Of a stretch of 62,514 nucleotides of DNA, positions 25,553 to 37,791 are shown in pieces. The stretch is from Mobula hypostoma. Taxonomy: Eukaryota. The notes under the pieces are model-generated. The model was not told the DNA's origin, ran no database searches, and saw nothing but the letters and a program-made list of their open reading frames with translations. Within the stretch, counting starts at the first letter, position 1, and the number at the start of each line of letters is the position of its first letter. The position numbers and the translations under genes are program-made. The stretch is taken from positions 142,352,001 through 142,414,514 of the forward strand of contig NC_086102.1 of NCBI RefSeq assembly GCF_963921235.1, given 5' to 3'.

Positions 25553-25787
25553 AGTAGTAACTTCTACTTTGAAAAAGGCACACTCGACAACTTCATGCCA
25601 AAGAAACAACTTTATCTCAAACTTCAAAACCATTATGTATATACAGAGAATTTCACAACCCGTATGACATGGCAGGCACACTATATAAAAAGCACACGGG
25701 AAGTAAAACCCCCCATTATCCTAATTAGTATTAACTTACTTTTAATAATGCTATTAACTTACTTTTAATAATGCTCACATTACAATA
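25553..25787 (-). repeat. 5' LTR of Gypsy element
   Basis: Direct repeat of 21110-21344; contains a 23-bp internal tandem duplication. Confidence 0.93.
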
Positions 25788-26394
25788 GTACGCATGAGTC
25801 CATAGGTTGTGGAATCAGGTCAGTGTTGAGGTAAGTGAAGTTATCCACACTGGTTCAGGAGCCTGACGATGTTTCTGGACCCGATGACATGGGGCCTAAG
25901 GCTCCAGTACTTCCTGCCTGATGGTAGCAGTGAGAAGAGAGCATGGCCTGGACGGCCATGGGGCCTGGACGACCATGGGGCCCCAGGCTTCAGTACCTTC
26001 TGCCTGATGGTAGTAGTGAGAAGGGAGCATGGCCTGGACGGCGAGGGCTGAATTTGAACATTTGAAGCTGAATAATTAGCTAACCTTGGAGGCAGTTTTG
26101 ATGAAAGCTGAGTGGATGAAAGAAATTATACACACACTGCACCTCGTTATTTATTCACTTAAAAGTTCCCTGCTTCCTTCAGCGCCTTCGTTGGTGTCCT
26201 CCAAAGGACCCATGAAGGTATAGTCACCCGCACCATACAGGCCAAGATAACCCATACTTATCTGCTGACTTCACCTTTCTTTCCTGATGCTGATCTAGTG
26301 AATTTACACCTCCATGATGTCAAACACCATCACAATTTGTCATCTCTGAGTTTACCACATCCTTCTTTGCTCTCTGCAAATCAATTCACGAGTC

Positions 26395-27327
26395 ATATAG
26401 AATACAAGTGTCAGAGGGCAATAAGGCATGAATACAGGTCCTTTACCCCAACAATACCATGTTGACCATGTTGTCCACCTACCTAGTCCTAAGGTCTTGT
26501 GTTCAGCCCATTTCCCTCCAGGACCCACCCCTCCATGCACCTATCCAAGTGCGAATTAAAAGATGCTATGGTACCTGCCTGAACTACTTCCTCTGGCAGC
26601 TCACTCCATATGCACTCCACTCTATGTGTGAAAAAGTTGTCCCCTCAGACCTTTATAACTCTTTCTCCTCTCATCCTAAATCTATGCCCTTTAGTTCCGC
26701 ACTCCAGATCTCCGGATCCGGACTTCCGGTCCAGTCTGGACTTCCAGACTCCCCTGCCCTGGGGGAGTGACAGTTACCATCCAATATATCTATGCCTCTC
26801 ATAATTTTAAACATTACTGTAAGGTTGCCCCTCGTTCCCCTGCATTCTCAGGAATAAAGATGTAGCTAGCCAACTTTCCCCTATGTCTCAGGACCTCTAT
26901 TCTTGGCAATGTTGTCGTGAATCTTCTCTGCACTCTTCAGTTGAACCACATATTTCCTATAACATGGTGACCAAACCTATACACAGTACTCCAAGTGTAC
27001 CTCACCAATAACTTATGCAACTGCAACATGAAGTCCCAACTCCTATTCATAATGCCCTGACTGATGAAGGCAGACTTGCTAAGTGGCTTTTTCAGCACAC
27101 TGTCAATCTGTGACACCATGTACTCTGCACTCATACTCTGTTCCACTACACTGTCTGCTGCCTTACCACTTACAGTATAAATCCTACTCTGCTTGGACTT
27201 TACAAAATGCATTACCTCACACTTGTCTGTATTGAAATCTATTTGCCAGTCCTCAGCCCACTTCTATAACGAGTGAATACCATCCTGTAGTCTACAATAA
27301 CCTTCTTCACTGTCAGCAACACCTCCG
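26395..27327 (-). mobile_element. CR1 LINE 3' fragment
   Basis: ORF 26937..27212 (AFISQGIMNRSWDFMLQLHKLLVR) plus a CR1 3' UTR at the left end. Confidence 0.85.
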
Positions 27328-27651
27328 AAGGTGAGCTCACAGAAAGCACTTGGCTCAGACGGGGTATCTGGCTAAGTAGTAAAGACCTGTGCTGATTAAC
27401 CAGCTGGAGTGCTAACCGATATTGTTAACCTCTCACTTCGGCAGTCTGAGGTACCCACCTACTTCAAACAGGCTTCAATTATACCGTTGGCCTACATGAA
27501 AGTGGTATCATCCAATTGTCCAGTAGCACTTACATCCACTGTGATGAAATGTTTTAAGAGGATGGTGATGAAACATATCAATGCGTTCCTGAGAAGTGAC
27601 TTGGATCCATTCCAGTTTGCCTACCGTCACAACAGACCAACAGCAGATGCC

Positions 27652-29175
27652 TATTCTGGTATCTGTCCCCCACTTTTCCTTCGCTACATCGACGACTGTA
27701 TTGGCACTGCTTCCTGCATGCATGCTGAGCTCGTTGACATTATTAACTTTGCCTCCAACTTTCACCCTGCCCTCAAGTTTACCTGGTCCATTTTCGACAC
27801 CTCCCTCCCCTTCCTAGATCTTTCTGTCTCTGTCTCTGGAGACAGCTTATCCACTGATGTCTACTATAAGCCTACTGACTCTCACAGCTATCTGGACTAT
27901 TCCTCTTCTCACCCTGTCTCTTGCAAAAACGCCATCCCCTTCTCGCAATTCCTCCGTCTCCGCCGCATCTGCTCTCAGGATGAGGCTTTTCATTCCAGGA
28001 CAAGGGAGATGTCCTCCTTTTTTAAAGAAAGGGGCTTCCCTTCCTCCACTATCAACTCTGCTCTCAAACGCATCTCCCCCATTTCACGTACATCTGCTCT
28101 CACTCCATCCTCCTGCCACCCCACTAGGAATAGGGTTCCCCTGGTCCTCACTTACCACCCCACCAGCCTCCGGGTCCAACATATTATTCTCCGTAACTTC
28201 CGCCACCTCCAACGGGATTCCACCACTAAGCACATCTTTCCCTCCCCCCCCCCCCCGCTTTCTGCAGGGATCGCTCCCTACGTGACTCCCTTGTCCATTC
28301 GTTCCCCCTATCCCTCCCCACTGATCTCCCTCCTGGCACTTATCCTTGTAATCGGAACAAGTGCTACACATGCCCTTACACTTCCTCCCTTACCACCATT
28401 CAGAACCCCAGGCAGTCCTTCCAGGTGAGGCGACACTTCATCTGTGAGTCGGCTGGGGTGATATACTGCGTCCGGTGCTCCCGATGTGGCCTTCTATATA
28501 TTGGCGAGACCCGACGCAGACTGAGAGACCGCTTTGCTGAACACCTACTCTCTGTCTGCCAGAGAAAGCAGGATCTCCCAGTGGCCACACATTTTAATTC
28601 CACATCCCATTCCCATTCTGACATGTCTATACACAGCCTCCTCTACTGTAAAGATGAAGCCACACTCAGGTTGGAGGAACAACACCATATATTCCGTCTG
28701 GGTAGCCTCCAACCTGATGGTATGAACATCAACTTCTCTAACTTCTGCTAATGCCCCACCCCCCGTACCCCATCCGTTATTTATTTTTATACACACATTC
28801 TTTCTCTCACTCTCCTTTTTCTCCCTCTGTCCCTCTGACTATACCCCTTGCCCATCCTCTGGGTTCCCCCACCCCTTGTCTTTTTCCCCGGACCTCCTGT
28901 CCCATGATCCTCTCATATCCCCTTTGCCAATCACCTGTCCAGCTCTTGGCTCCATCTCTCCCCCTCCTGTCTTCTCCTATCATTTTGGATCTCCCCACCC
29001 TCCTCCCACTTTCAAATCTCTTACTAACTCTTCCTTCAGTTAGTCCTGACGAAGGGTCTCGGCCTGAAACGTTAACTGTACCTCTTCCTAGAGATGTTGC
29101 CTGGCCTGCTGCGTTCACCAGCAACTTTGATGTGTGTTGCTTGAATTTACAGCATCTGCAGAATTCCTGTCGTTA
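27652..29175 (+). mobile_element. Penelope-like element, 5'-truncated
   Basis: RYIDD RT motif, GIY-YIG (ORF 28425..28751) and terminal hammerhead. Flanking direct repeat cagatgcc (27644-27651 / 29176-29183). Confidence 0.96.
29042..29078 (+). ncRNA. Minimal type I hammerhead ribozyme motif
   Basis: agtcCTGACGAagggtctcggcctGAAAcgttaactg. Core intact, GUU cleavage triplet, one helix I mismatch. Confidence 0.75.
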
Positions 29176-30196
29176 CAGATGCCATTTCCTTGGCTCTTCA
29201 CTCAATCCTGGAACACCTGGAGAGTGAAAATGCATACACCAGGATGCTTTTCATTGACTGCAGCTTGGCATTCAATACCATATTCCCCTCAAAACTAATC
29301 AATAAGGTCCAAAACATTGGCCTCAATATCTCTTTGTACAACTGGATCCTCGATTTCCTCACTTGCAGACCCCAGTCAGTTTGCATTGACAACAATATTT
29401 CCTCAAAGATCTCCACCAACACAGGTACACCACATGGCTGTGTGCCTAGACCCCTGCTCTACTCACTTCATACTCATGACTTATAAGCACAGGTTCAATA
29501 TCATTTTAAGTTAGCAGATGACACTACTGTCATTGGCTGAATCAGCATATAGGAGGAAGATTGAAAATCGGACTGAGTGGTGCCATAGCAACAACCTCTC
29601 GCTCAATGTCAGCAAGATCAAGGAGCTGATTATTCGATTCAGGTGGGGGAAACTAGACGTCCATGAATTAGTCCTCACTGGGGGATCAGAGGTTGAGAGG
29701 GTTAGTCACTTTAAACTTCTCAGTGTTATCATTCAGGGGATTTGTCACGGGTCCAGCACAAAAGTGTCATTATGAAGAAAGCATGGTGGTGCCTCTACTT
29801 TCTTAGAAGTTTTTGAAGATTCAGCATGATATCTAAAATTCTAACAAACGTGGTGGAGAGTATACTGACTGGTTGTATCGCGGCCCAGTATGGAAACACC
29901 AATGTCCTTGAATGAAAAAGCTTACAAAAAGTAAAGGATAGGTTTGTGAATCATGGAAAAAGCCCTCCCTACCATTGAGCACATCTACTTGAAGCACTGT
30001 GGCAAGGAAGTAGCATCCATCATCAAGGACTCCCACCACCCAGGCCATGATCTCTTCTCACTGCTGTTTGTGAAACACCTTTCATTCTTGATCAAGGGCT
30101 TAATTTCAGCATTAATTAATCACCTTATATTTGGGTTTTGAGGAGCTTGATGTTACCTTGCTTCACGTAGACAATACATTACTTTGTATTGTAGCT

Positions 30197-30305
30197 TAAA
30201 CAGTCGATGTTTAAGTTTGAGTCCTGATGAAAAGTCTTGGCCCAAAACATCAACTGTTTATTCCTCTCCTGGCCTGCTGAGTTCCTCTAGCATTTTGTAT
30301 GTGTT
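30197..30305 (+). mobile_element. Fold-back Penelope terminal remnant with degenerate hammerhead
   Basis: CTGATGA at 30224-30230, enclosed by the inverted repeat taaacagtcgatgttt / aaacatcaactgttta. Confidence 0.6.
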
Positions 30306-30962
30306 AATACATTACTCTACAGTGGTTTCTCCTCTGAGCCTACTGATCCTAGAGATGATGATTGGAATATATTCTAGGCTTGCTATCTGCTCAGCTTACT
30401 CAGCACCATCTTTATAATTCAGGCTCAAGAATCCACCTCACAATTTAGTCTAAGTCTGTAAACAAATATTTTTCTGAAGAATTATTAGAAAAATGGGCAA
30501 AAAAAACTTCGCAAATACATTATTTGTATAATTGGGTTATTAACTTACTTGCAAAATGTCAGCCCACATTATGGATTTCACCACGAGTTTCCAGCATCTA
30601 AATATTCTTTACACAATCTCCAACAATATTTTGGAGGCTTGCATCATGTTTCCAAAGACAGTGCTCATCAACTGAACTAATCCAACAATGCCAAGTATTA
30701 ATATGGAAAATGTAATAACAATATCTCTGTTTTTTAATCCATGCCATTGGAATGTGGAGCTGATTTCCTGTATATTATTACCTTTGGGGTTGCAGGGTTA
30801 ATGCAGCATAATGAAAATATCACTAACAGCTTGTAACATCATTGTTGTTTACATTTTTAATTATGTGACTATTATTGTGTGAATAAAGAAGTCAGAATTG
30901 AACAAGGTGTTTGTGACCACTGGACTGTCTTAGGGATCATCTAATGCAATTGTTTGCCTAAG

Positions 30963-31587
30963 TGTACGGGGTCTTTCTTTTTTGTATGTTAAACTTAAAA
31001 TGGCTTCTTTGTTATGTTATACTTGGGAATGCTTCTTTGTTATGTTAAATACTGAGAAAGTCTCTAGCTAGACATTTGCTTGTGTTAATACAGATAGCAG
31101 GGTGCTATTAGTCAATGGGTGTTCATGTATCATTTTTTTTTCAGATGATAATGCTGTCTCATATGAGTGGGAACGGGGTTTTTGACGGGGAGAATGGAGG
31201 AGAGACAGGGAGGACGGCGGACGTGCAGAAGGGCTCCGGTCAATCACTTCGGGTGGTCCCGAGCCGTGAGTCGACAGGATTCGGGTGGTCGTCAGGAATC
31301 GATTGAGCTCCAACGGTTGCACACGAAGAACTTGGACTTTGATAAGTCTGGCACCTCTTTTTTTTCCATTACTTCCTTTTCTGTATCGAATTTATATTAA
31401 TTTCATAGACTTAGTAATATCTATAAAGCGTACTTGGTAAAACGTACTGGGTGTGCTGGCTGATGATTGATGTTTGGGATTGAATCGGACGGCAGTGGTG
31501 CAGCACTGACTCCTTGGGAAGCGTTGAGGCAGGTGCTGGGTGGGATTTCCCCTGGACATATACGAACCAATATAACTGAGCGTTACA
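30963..31587 (+). mobile_element. Solo LTR, 625 bp (ERV- or Gypsy-type)
   Basis: TGTA...TACA termini, perfect 4-bp TSD TAAG (30959-30962 / 31588-31591) and a CpG-rich core. Strand tentative. Confidence 0.82.
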
Positions 31588-31849
31588 TAAGCTACTCTGG
31601 CAACATATATGATCTTTATCCAAGAAGGATAAAGGCCACATGAGGTGTTCATCTCCTGCAGGATTCCCTCCAAGATGCACATCACCCTGATTTGCTGCTG
31701 CTTCATGATAATTGGGTCTAAGTCATGTAACTCCCTCTCCAAGTGCACTGCAGCAGATCACAACACATCTCCCTATCACCTCTTTAGCAGCAATTAAAGT
31801 TAAACAATAAGTACAGGCCTTTTTCAGTGATGCCATTTTCCTGGAATGA

Positions 31850-32590
31850 ATTAAAAGTAGAGATGTATTAAGTGATTTAGGAAAGACTTGTTAGATGGGA
31901 TATTATGTTAAAACAAATGTATGAGGTAATTCACTTTGGTAGAAATGAAATAGAAGGGCAATATGTCTTAAGTGGTGAGCAATGAAAAGGTCTCGGTGGC
32001 CTGAGAGACCTAGGTATCTGTGTAATCAAATCACAGGAAGTTAACATGCATGTAAGGCAAGCAATCAAGAAGGCTAACGGTCAGCCAGACTTTATTGCAA
32101 GAACATTTGAGTACAAGAGGGAAGATTTCTTGTTCCAATTATATGGTGGCCTGGTAGAGACTGCATCTGGAATGTGTGTACAGGTCTAGCCTTCCTTCCC
32201 AAGGAATTGCAACAAAGGTTAACCAGACCTGTTCCTGCAATGCTGAGTTTGTCTTATGAGGAAGGAGTACACAGATTCTGTAGTCTCTTGGCTTTAGAAA
32301 AAACAAGAGCTAATCTTGTAGATCTTACATGTTTGACAAGGTAAGTGCAGGGATGATGTTCCCCTGACTTGGATGTCTAGAACCAAGATCATAGTCTCAA
32401 AAGAAGGGATTGACTATCTGGGAAAGAACAAAATCTTCTGCCAGAGCCACAAGAATTCTTCCGCCAAGAAGACTGATAGGTTTATAAACAGTAAGGGGAT
32501 CAAGGGATTTGAGGTTGGAGCTGGAAAGTGGTGTTTAGGCAAAAGGTCAGCCCTGATTGGACAGAGGGTGATGTCCTAAACCTGCAATGG
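31850..32590 (+). mobile_element. Old CR1 LINE 3' fragment
   Basis: Degenerate collinearity with CR1 ORF2 C-terminus and 3' UTR (compare 49150-49980). Confidence 0.7.
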
Positions 32591-32628
32591 TTCTTGTGCT
32601 TACACAGTGGCATCATTATTTTATAACA

Positions 32629-32907
32629 GGATGATAGTGTAGTGGTTAACGTAGCAATATTACGGCACGAGTGACCTGGGTTCAATGGCATGGTTGTCAG
32701 AGTAATGCTATTACAGCGGCCGTGACCTGGATTCAGTTCTGATGCAGCTTGTCCGTTCTCCCTGTAACCATGTGGGTTTGCTCCAGATACTCTGGTTTCC
32801 TCTCACGTTCCAAAGACACATGGGCTGGTTGGTTAATTGGGTGTAATTGAGTGGCATGGGCTTATTGGGCCAGAAGGGACTCTTAGCATGCTGTATCTCT
32901 AAATAAA
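32629..32907 (+). mobile_element. tRNA-derived V-SINE/HE1-like SINE with duplicated head
   Basis: A-box-like gtgtagtggtt and B-box-like gggttcaat, V-domain gttctccctgtaaccatgtgggtttgctcc...ggtttcctctcacgttccaaagac, and a CR1-like tail ending taaataaa. Confidence 0.8.
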
Positions 32908-33569
32908 TTATGATATAAAATAAAAGGGACAGTATTTTGTATCTAGTAAAAGCATAGAACACCAGCAATATGGCTGCCTGTTACCTTGCACCAGACCTAG
33001 TCTTCTCCCCTGACCTCAGCAGAGAACTCAAAATGTAAGACTACTACTAGAGAGTGACACTGAGGTAAAAGTTGATAATCTTACAGAATGGTGGAGCAGA
33101 CCCAAGGGTTCACTCCATTGCTTCTATTTTTTATTTCACACTTCTTCTGTGCACACAACATATTTTCGGGTCATATCACAGCCACTGCTGAATTGTGTTT
33201 TGTTTTACACTTCACCACACTCCCTCAGATCGAGTACATCAACATCCAAACGAGGGTCGCTTCACACAGCACTTCACTCTGGCTGGCAATATTCGTCGCA
33301 GCATTGCATCTCCAACCAGAGTCACAGAGTTACACAGCACAAAAATAAGCCCTTCGGCCCAACCTGTACTGACCAGACTAGCATTTGGCCCACATCCCTT
33401 TGAAACTTTCCTATCTGTGTGTTTGTCAAAGTGTCTTTTAGGCATTATTTTACATGCATCAAACATTTCTGAAAGCTCATTCCATCTATAGACCAGCCAA
33501 CAGCACATTCATTGTTCCAGATATTAATAAATACTTACATACTTCCTTACAAAGTAACTTCTTTGAAGG

Positions 33570-33790
33570 ATTCTACACAGGAAGTCCTCACTGACCACCA
33601 ACCACTCATTAATAGTAATCCTATGTTAATCCCATTCCTGTTCTTCCCACTTTCTCAAATAGTTCTCCCAGAATCTACCACTCACCTACACAGTGGGGTA
33701 ATTTACAACGTGCAATGGCCAGTTAACCTACCAACCGACACATTATTGGGACGTGGGAGAACACTGGAGCACCTGGTTGGAAACTGCAAA
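33570..33790 (-). mobile_element. V-SINE fragment
   Basis: ttgggacgtgggagaacactggagcacctgg is the reverse complement of the V-domain seen at 32770-32820. Confidence 0.55.
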
Positions 33791-36309
33791 ACTAGACAGC
33801 ACATATACACATCAAGAGGGGAGAGATTTTAAAGAGACCTGAGAAGAAACCTTTTTACACAGTGGACAGTCAGTACCAGGAATGAGCTGCCAGAGGAAAC
33901 GGGTACATTTGCAACATTTAAGAGGCATTTGGAAAGGAGAAACTTAGAGCTGGAATGGGAATGTCCACGGCAGGTTTGAAACCTTCTGGAAATGGCTGCA
34001 AATGGGTACCTCCACTACCCCTCACTGTATGTTTCCCTTGGGGCCCACCTTACCATACCTTGCCCTACTTCCTGCTGCTCCAAAATTTTCCATTTTGTGT
34101 TAATGCATTGTAAAACCTCTCATAATCAGAGATTTAATAGATCAGAGTAGAGTAGTTTTGCCTGTGCCTCAAAACAAAATGTATAGGAATAACCTATGAT
34201 ATCTTTCAGCAAAAATACCAGGCATGATTGCCGTGGAGTGTCATGCCTTTGTTTACCACTTGATATTATTCCAATGTAAAATAAAACATAATGAAAATTT
34301 AAACACAACGTAGCATAGTCCGGAACGATTCTTCCTGATGGTAACACAGCGGGGCATTTCAACACTTGAACTGTTGTCCAATGGAGTGGAATGTACATCT
34401 GGAGACCTTCATCCATGTGCACTGTATCCCATCAGTGTGCCTGTGAGCCCTGCTTCATAAAGGCCATCTGTCTGAGCAGATGCTAATCTGAGTCAGGTAG
34501 AGACTCCTTCAAATAAAATTCTTACTCAAGTTCCTCTTGAAGTGACCCCCATCACCACTTCACCCAATTCACACACCTCCCCACAAGTATCGATCTGCTA
34601 ATCCGATATGTCTCCCTCTGGTATATTGATCCCCGTGATGATGGTGCTCCTCAGATTGACTCCTGACTGTTCCTCCGTCAAAAGCTGATCACTGACCACC
34701 ACCCACAGGTCCTCAGCAACTGGACTTCACCTTCATGCCACAGCTTGAACTCTTCCCATATCCAATTCCCAATGATTTGCCGACTCTAGCCTTGAGCGGC
34801 CTTCCCCTGTGATCCCTGGTACCCAACCAGAACTGGACAACAGCTTCCTTTGCCCACTCTTCAGTGGCGATCTGCAGGAAGGAAAAATGATTCACCGTGC
34901 AAGGTATTGCAGGGTACTGAACTTCCCAGTGAGAAATAACAAGGGAGCATAAATTTCATTTAATCAGTAGAATTATTATTTGAGAGGATGGGGCTTTAAG
35001 AAAAGGTTTTACTTAATGAGTCTGGAACTCACTGCTGGAGAAATTGGTAAAGACAGAAGCCCTCACCATTTTAAAGCTTCTTCCCCTCTGCTGTCATATT
35101 TCTGAAAGGTCCACGTATCCATGAACACTATCTCTCTTCTTACACTATTTACTTATATTTTATGTAGTTATCGTAACTTCTGGTAATTTTATGTATTTCA
35201 CTGTGATAATAAAGCTGATGCTGAATCTGAACCTGATTCAATATCTGATGTGCATTTGAATCGTTGCCACCCACAATACTCTAGACCAATGTTGGGAAGG
35301 AGGAATTAACTAAAGTCCATTTGTCACCAATGTGCATCCAGTGGGCCAAATGGCCACATTACATTTGGAAATTTCCACGATTATCTGCATGAGACATGAA
35401 ACACACCCTTTGGACAGAAGTGAAAGGTCACTCAGTTTCCCAGGAAATACACTGTTCAACCAACACCCAAGCACACACATTAAATCATTTACCTCACTGT
35501 TCTTTTGTGGCACCCTGTCATAAGCAGTTTCGTTATAATGCATTACCTGTAATAAATCCAGAGGTGAAGAAAACTAAGAAAAAAATTTCCGTTATAGCCA
35601 TCAAAATAACATTGACTTTGTCGGTCTGAGGGAAGGTAACAGCATTTACATTGGGCAACGTACACAAAATGCTGGAGGAACTCAGCAGGTCGGTCAGCAT
35701 CTATGACGAGAAGTTAATAGCCGGAATTTTGTGCCAAGTTCATTCACCCACCCAGCGTTTTATGTGCGTTGTTCGAGATTCCCAGTACCTGCAATCACGC
35801 TAACATTTCTGCATGTACATTGCAGCTTCTTCAGTCAGTGTTTCGCAGTCTCCTTGGTACGTAAGCTGGAGGTCCTGTGATTTTACTGTGATTTCAGCTA
35901 TTGGCGTTCTGGCTAAAGCAGATGAAGACTGAGTGATCAAAGCACTCAAGTGATGAGCTGATGATATTGTGCAGTTATAGGAACTCCACGGGGTACAATT
36001 TCTCTTTGTCAGCAAATGTGCAAGTGCCACAGGCTAAGTATCTGTTATAAAATGTCCATCTGCGTTTCGATTATGCCTTAGGTGGCTGCTGCTTTGAAAC
36101 TCCTTTTGTTTCAGGAACAGTAGCTCGTCAGGCCCTGACAGATCCATTCAGTCACTAAGCAGCTTAAAACTTATTCTAACCTTGTAAAGGTGGTGAGAAT
36201 GGTGCCTTGTGCAAGAGGGTTAAGATGGGGATGAGGAAGAGAGAAGGCACTCATTTTCAGGCAGCCTATCCTGCTCCAATCATGTGGACACTACAGCAAG
36301 GAAAGCTCA

Positions 36310-36905
36310 CCAGAGCCTTTACTTCTTTGGGAATTAAAGAAATTTGGTGTGTGCCTCTTGACCCTCATTATTTTTTTAATCAATGCACCATTAAAAACAT
36401 CCTATTTGGATGCATCACAGCTTGGTATGCCAACTGCTTCTCCTGAGACCACAAAAAACATATCATGGAAACCAACTTCTCTCCATTAACTCTATCTATA
36501 CTTCTCACTACCTCAGTAAAGCAGCCTACATAATCAAAGACCCCACCCACTCTGACCACTCTCCCTGTTCTCTCTTCTCCCCGCTCCCAATCGGACAGAA
36601 GATACAAAAATCAGAAAGTGTAACACAAGGTTCAAGGGTAGCTTCTAGCCCACTGTTACTGGTCTATTGAATGGTTCCCTGGTACAATAAGATGAACTCT
36701 TGATCTCACAATTTACCTCGTTATGACCTTGTACCTTAACGTATACGTTCCCTGCTCTTTCTCTGTGCTCTACCTTTATCCTGCACTCTGTTATTGTTTA
36801 CCTTGTGCTGCCTCAATGCAACTTCAAAATGAAGTGATCTGTGTGGACAGGATGCAAGACCAGTTTTTCACTGTATCTCAGCACATGTGACAATAATAAA
36901 CTGAT
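36310..36905 (+). mobile_element. Rex1/Babar-type LINE 3' fragment
   Basis: TIKNILFGCITAWYAN and IIKDPTHS motifs; ends gacaataataaac. Confidence 0.8.
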
Positions 36906-37791
36906 TTACCGATTAAGCAATGTGGCCCAGGACTTAAAATGCATCAATAAACCCCATCACATTTTTCACCACCTGTTGCAGCTCCCACAATTTCAATTTT
37001 GTGTCCTGAGAGACGATTTGCCTTTCGAATACTTGCTTTATTTAGCTAATGAATAGTAGGTCTAAGCCATCACAATCAGATGACGACTATGGGTAGCTTC
37101 ATTACATATATTGGAACATGTGTGAAATATAGCATTGTTAATTAACTTGCTACACAGAAGTACTTGTGCACAAGCATCCAATTTATAACAGCCACAGAAT
37201 TGTTTAAGTTTACTTTAATTGGCCTCATACTCTCCCAATTGACTATGTGCCCTTTAAAGCTTGTTTTATATAAGCTTTTGATTAAGAGTTTACAAGATAA
37301 CTAGATAATGGGTAGGACCACTCAAGGATAAAGGAAGGAACACATGCTTGGAGGTGGAGGATGTAAGTGAGTTTCTAAATTATTACTTTGCATCAGTATT
37401 TATTAAGGAGAAGGAAGTGGAGGATAGGGAGATTAATGTGGTGTGTGCTAGGGCATTTTGACATAAAGGAGATAATGTGGAATTTCTTAAAAAACATATT
37501 AAAGTAAATAAGTCCCCAGATCCTGATAGAGAGATACCTTAGGTTACTGATGAGATGGCCAGGGTCTTCACCAATATCTTTGTGTCTGCTCCAGCTACTG
37601 GTGAGGACCCAGAGGACTGACAGGTAGCTAACTGTACTGTTCTTCTGAAGAGAAATTGGGATAACCCTAGAAACTATTGAGTCTCACTTTAATGGTAGGG
37701 AAGTGACTGCTGAGGATTCTTAGTGATAGGGTTTATGAGCATTTGGAAAACCATGGCCTAACTAGGAACATTTGGCAAGGTTTTGTGCAAA

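Larger units (their letters stand above)
21110..25787 (-). mobile_element. Full-length Ty3/Gypsy LTR retrotransposon (Mag-clade-like), inactive
   Basis: Two 235-bp LTRs, PBS, PPT and gag-PR-RT-RH-IN order. 5-bp TSD gtgcg (21105-21109) / gtacg (25788-25792). Confidence 0.97.
20915..26045 (-). mobile_element. Rex1/Babar-type LINE 3' end split by the Gypsy insertion (20915-21109 + 25788-26045)
   Basis: The two halves join into a sequence collinear with 12244-12700. Confidence 0.75.
27328..30066 (+). mobile_element. Rex1/Babar-type LINE RT fragment split by Penelope (27328-27651 + 29176-30066)
   Basis: NLSLRQSEVPTYFK, PVALTSTVMKCF and LDPFQFAYRHNR on the left; [30 protein letters not shown] and NNLSLNVSKIKEL on the right. 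Confidence 0.9.

Noticed and set aside
25918-25933. Minisatellite unit derived from the Rex motif atggtagcagtg
   Set aside because: Only an 11-12 nt match, and the array flanks are not this part of Rex; chance is plausible.
32629-32700. tRNA gene
   Set aside because: It is a SINE head: A/B-box-like motifs without a cloverleaf, followed by a V-domain.
35920-35980. C/D-box snoRNA (gtgatga, ctga)
   Set aside because: No terminal stem or properly spaced D box identified.
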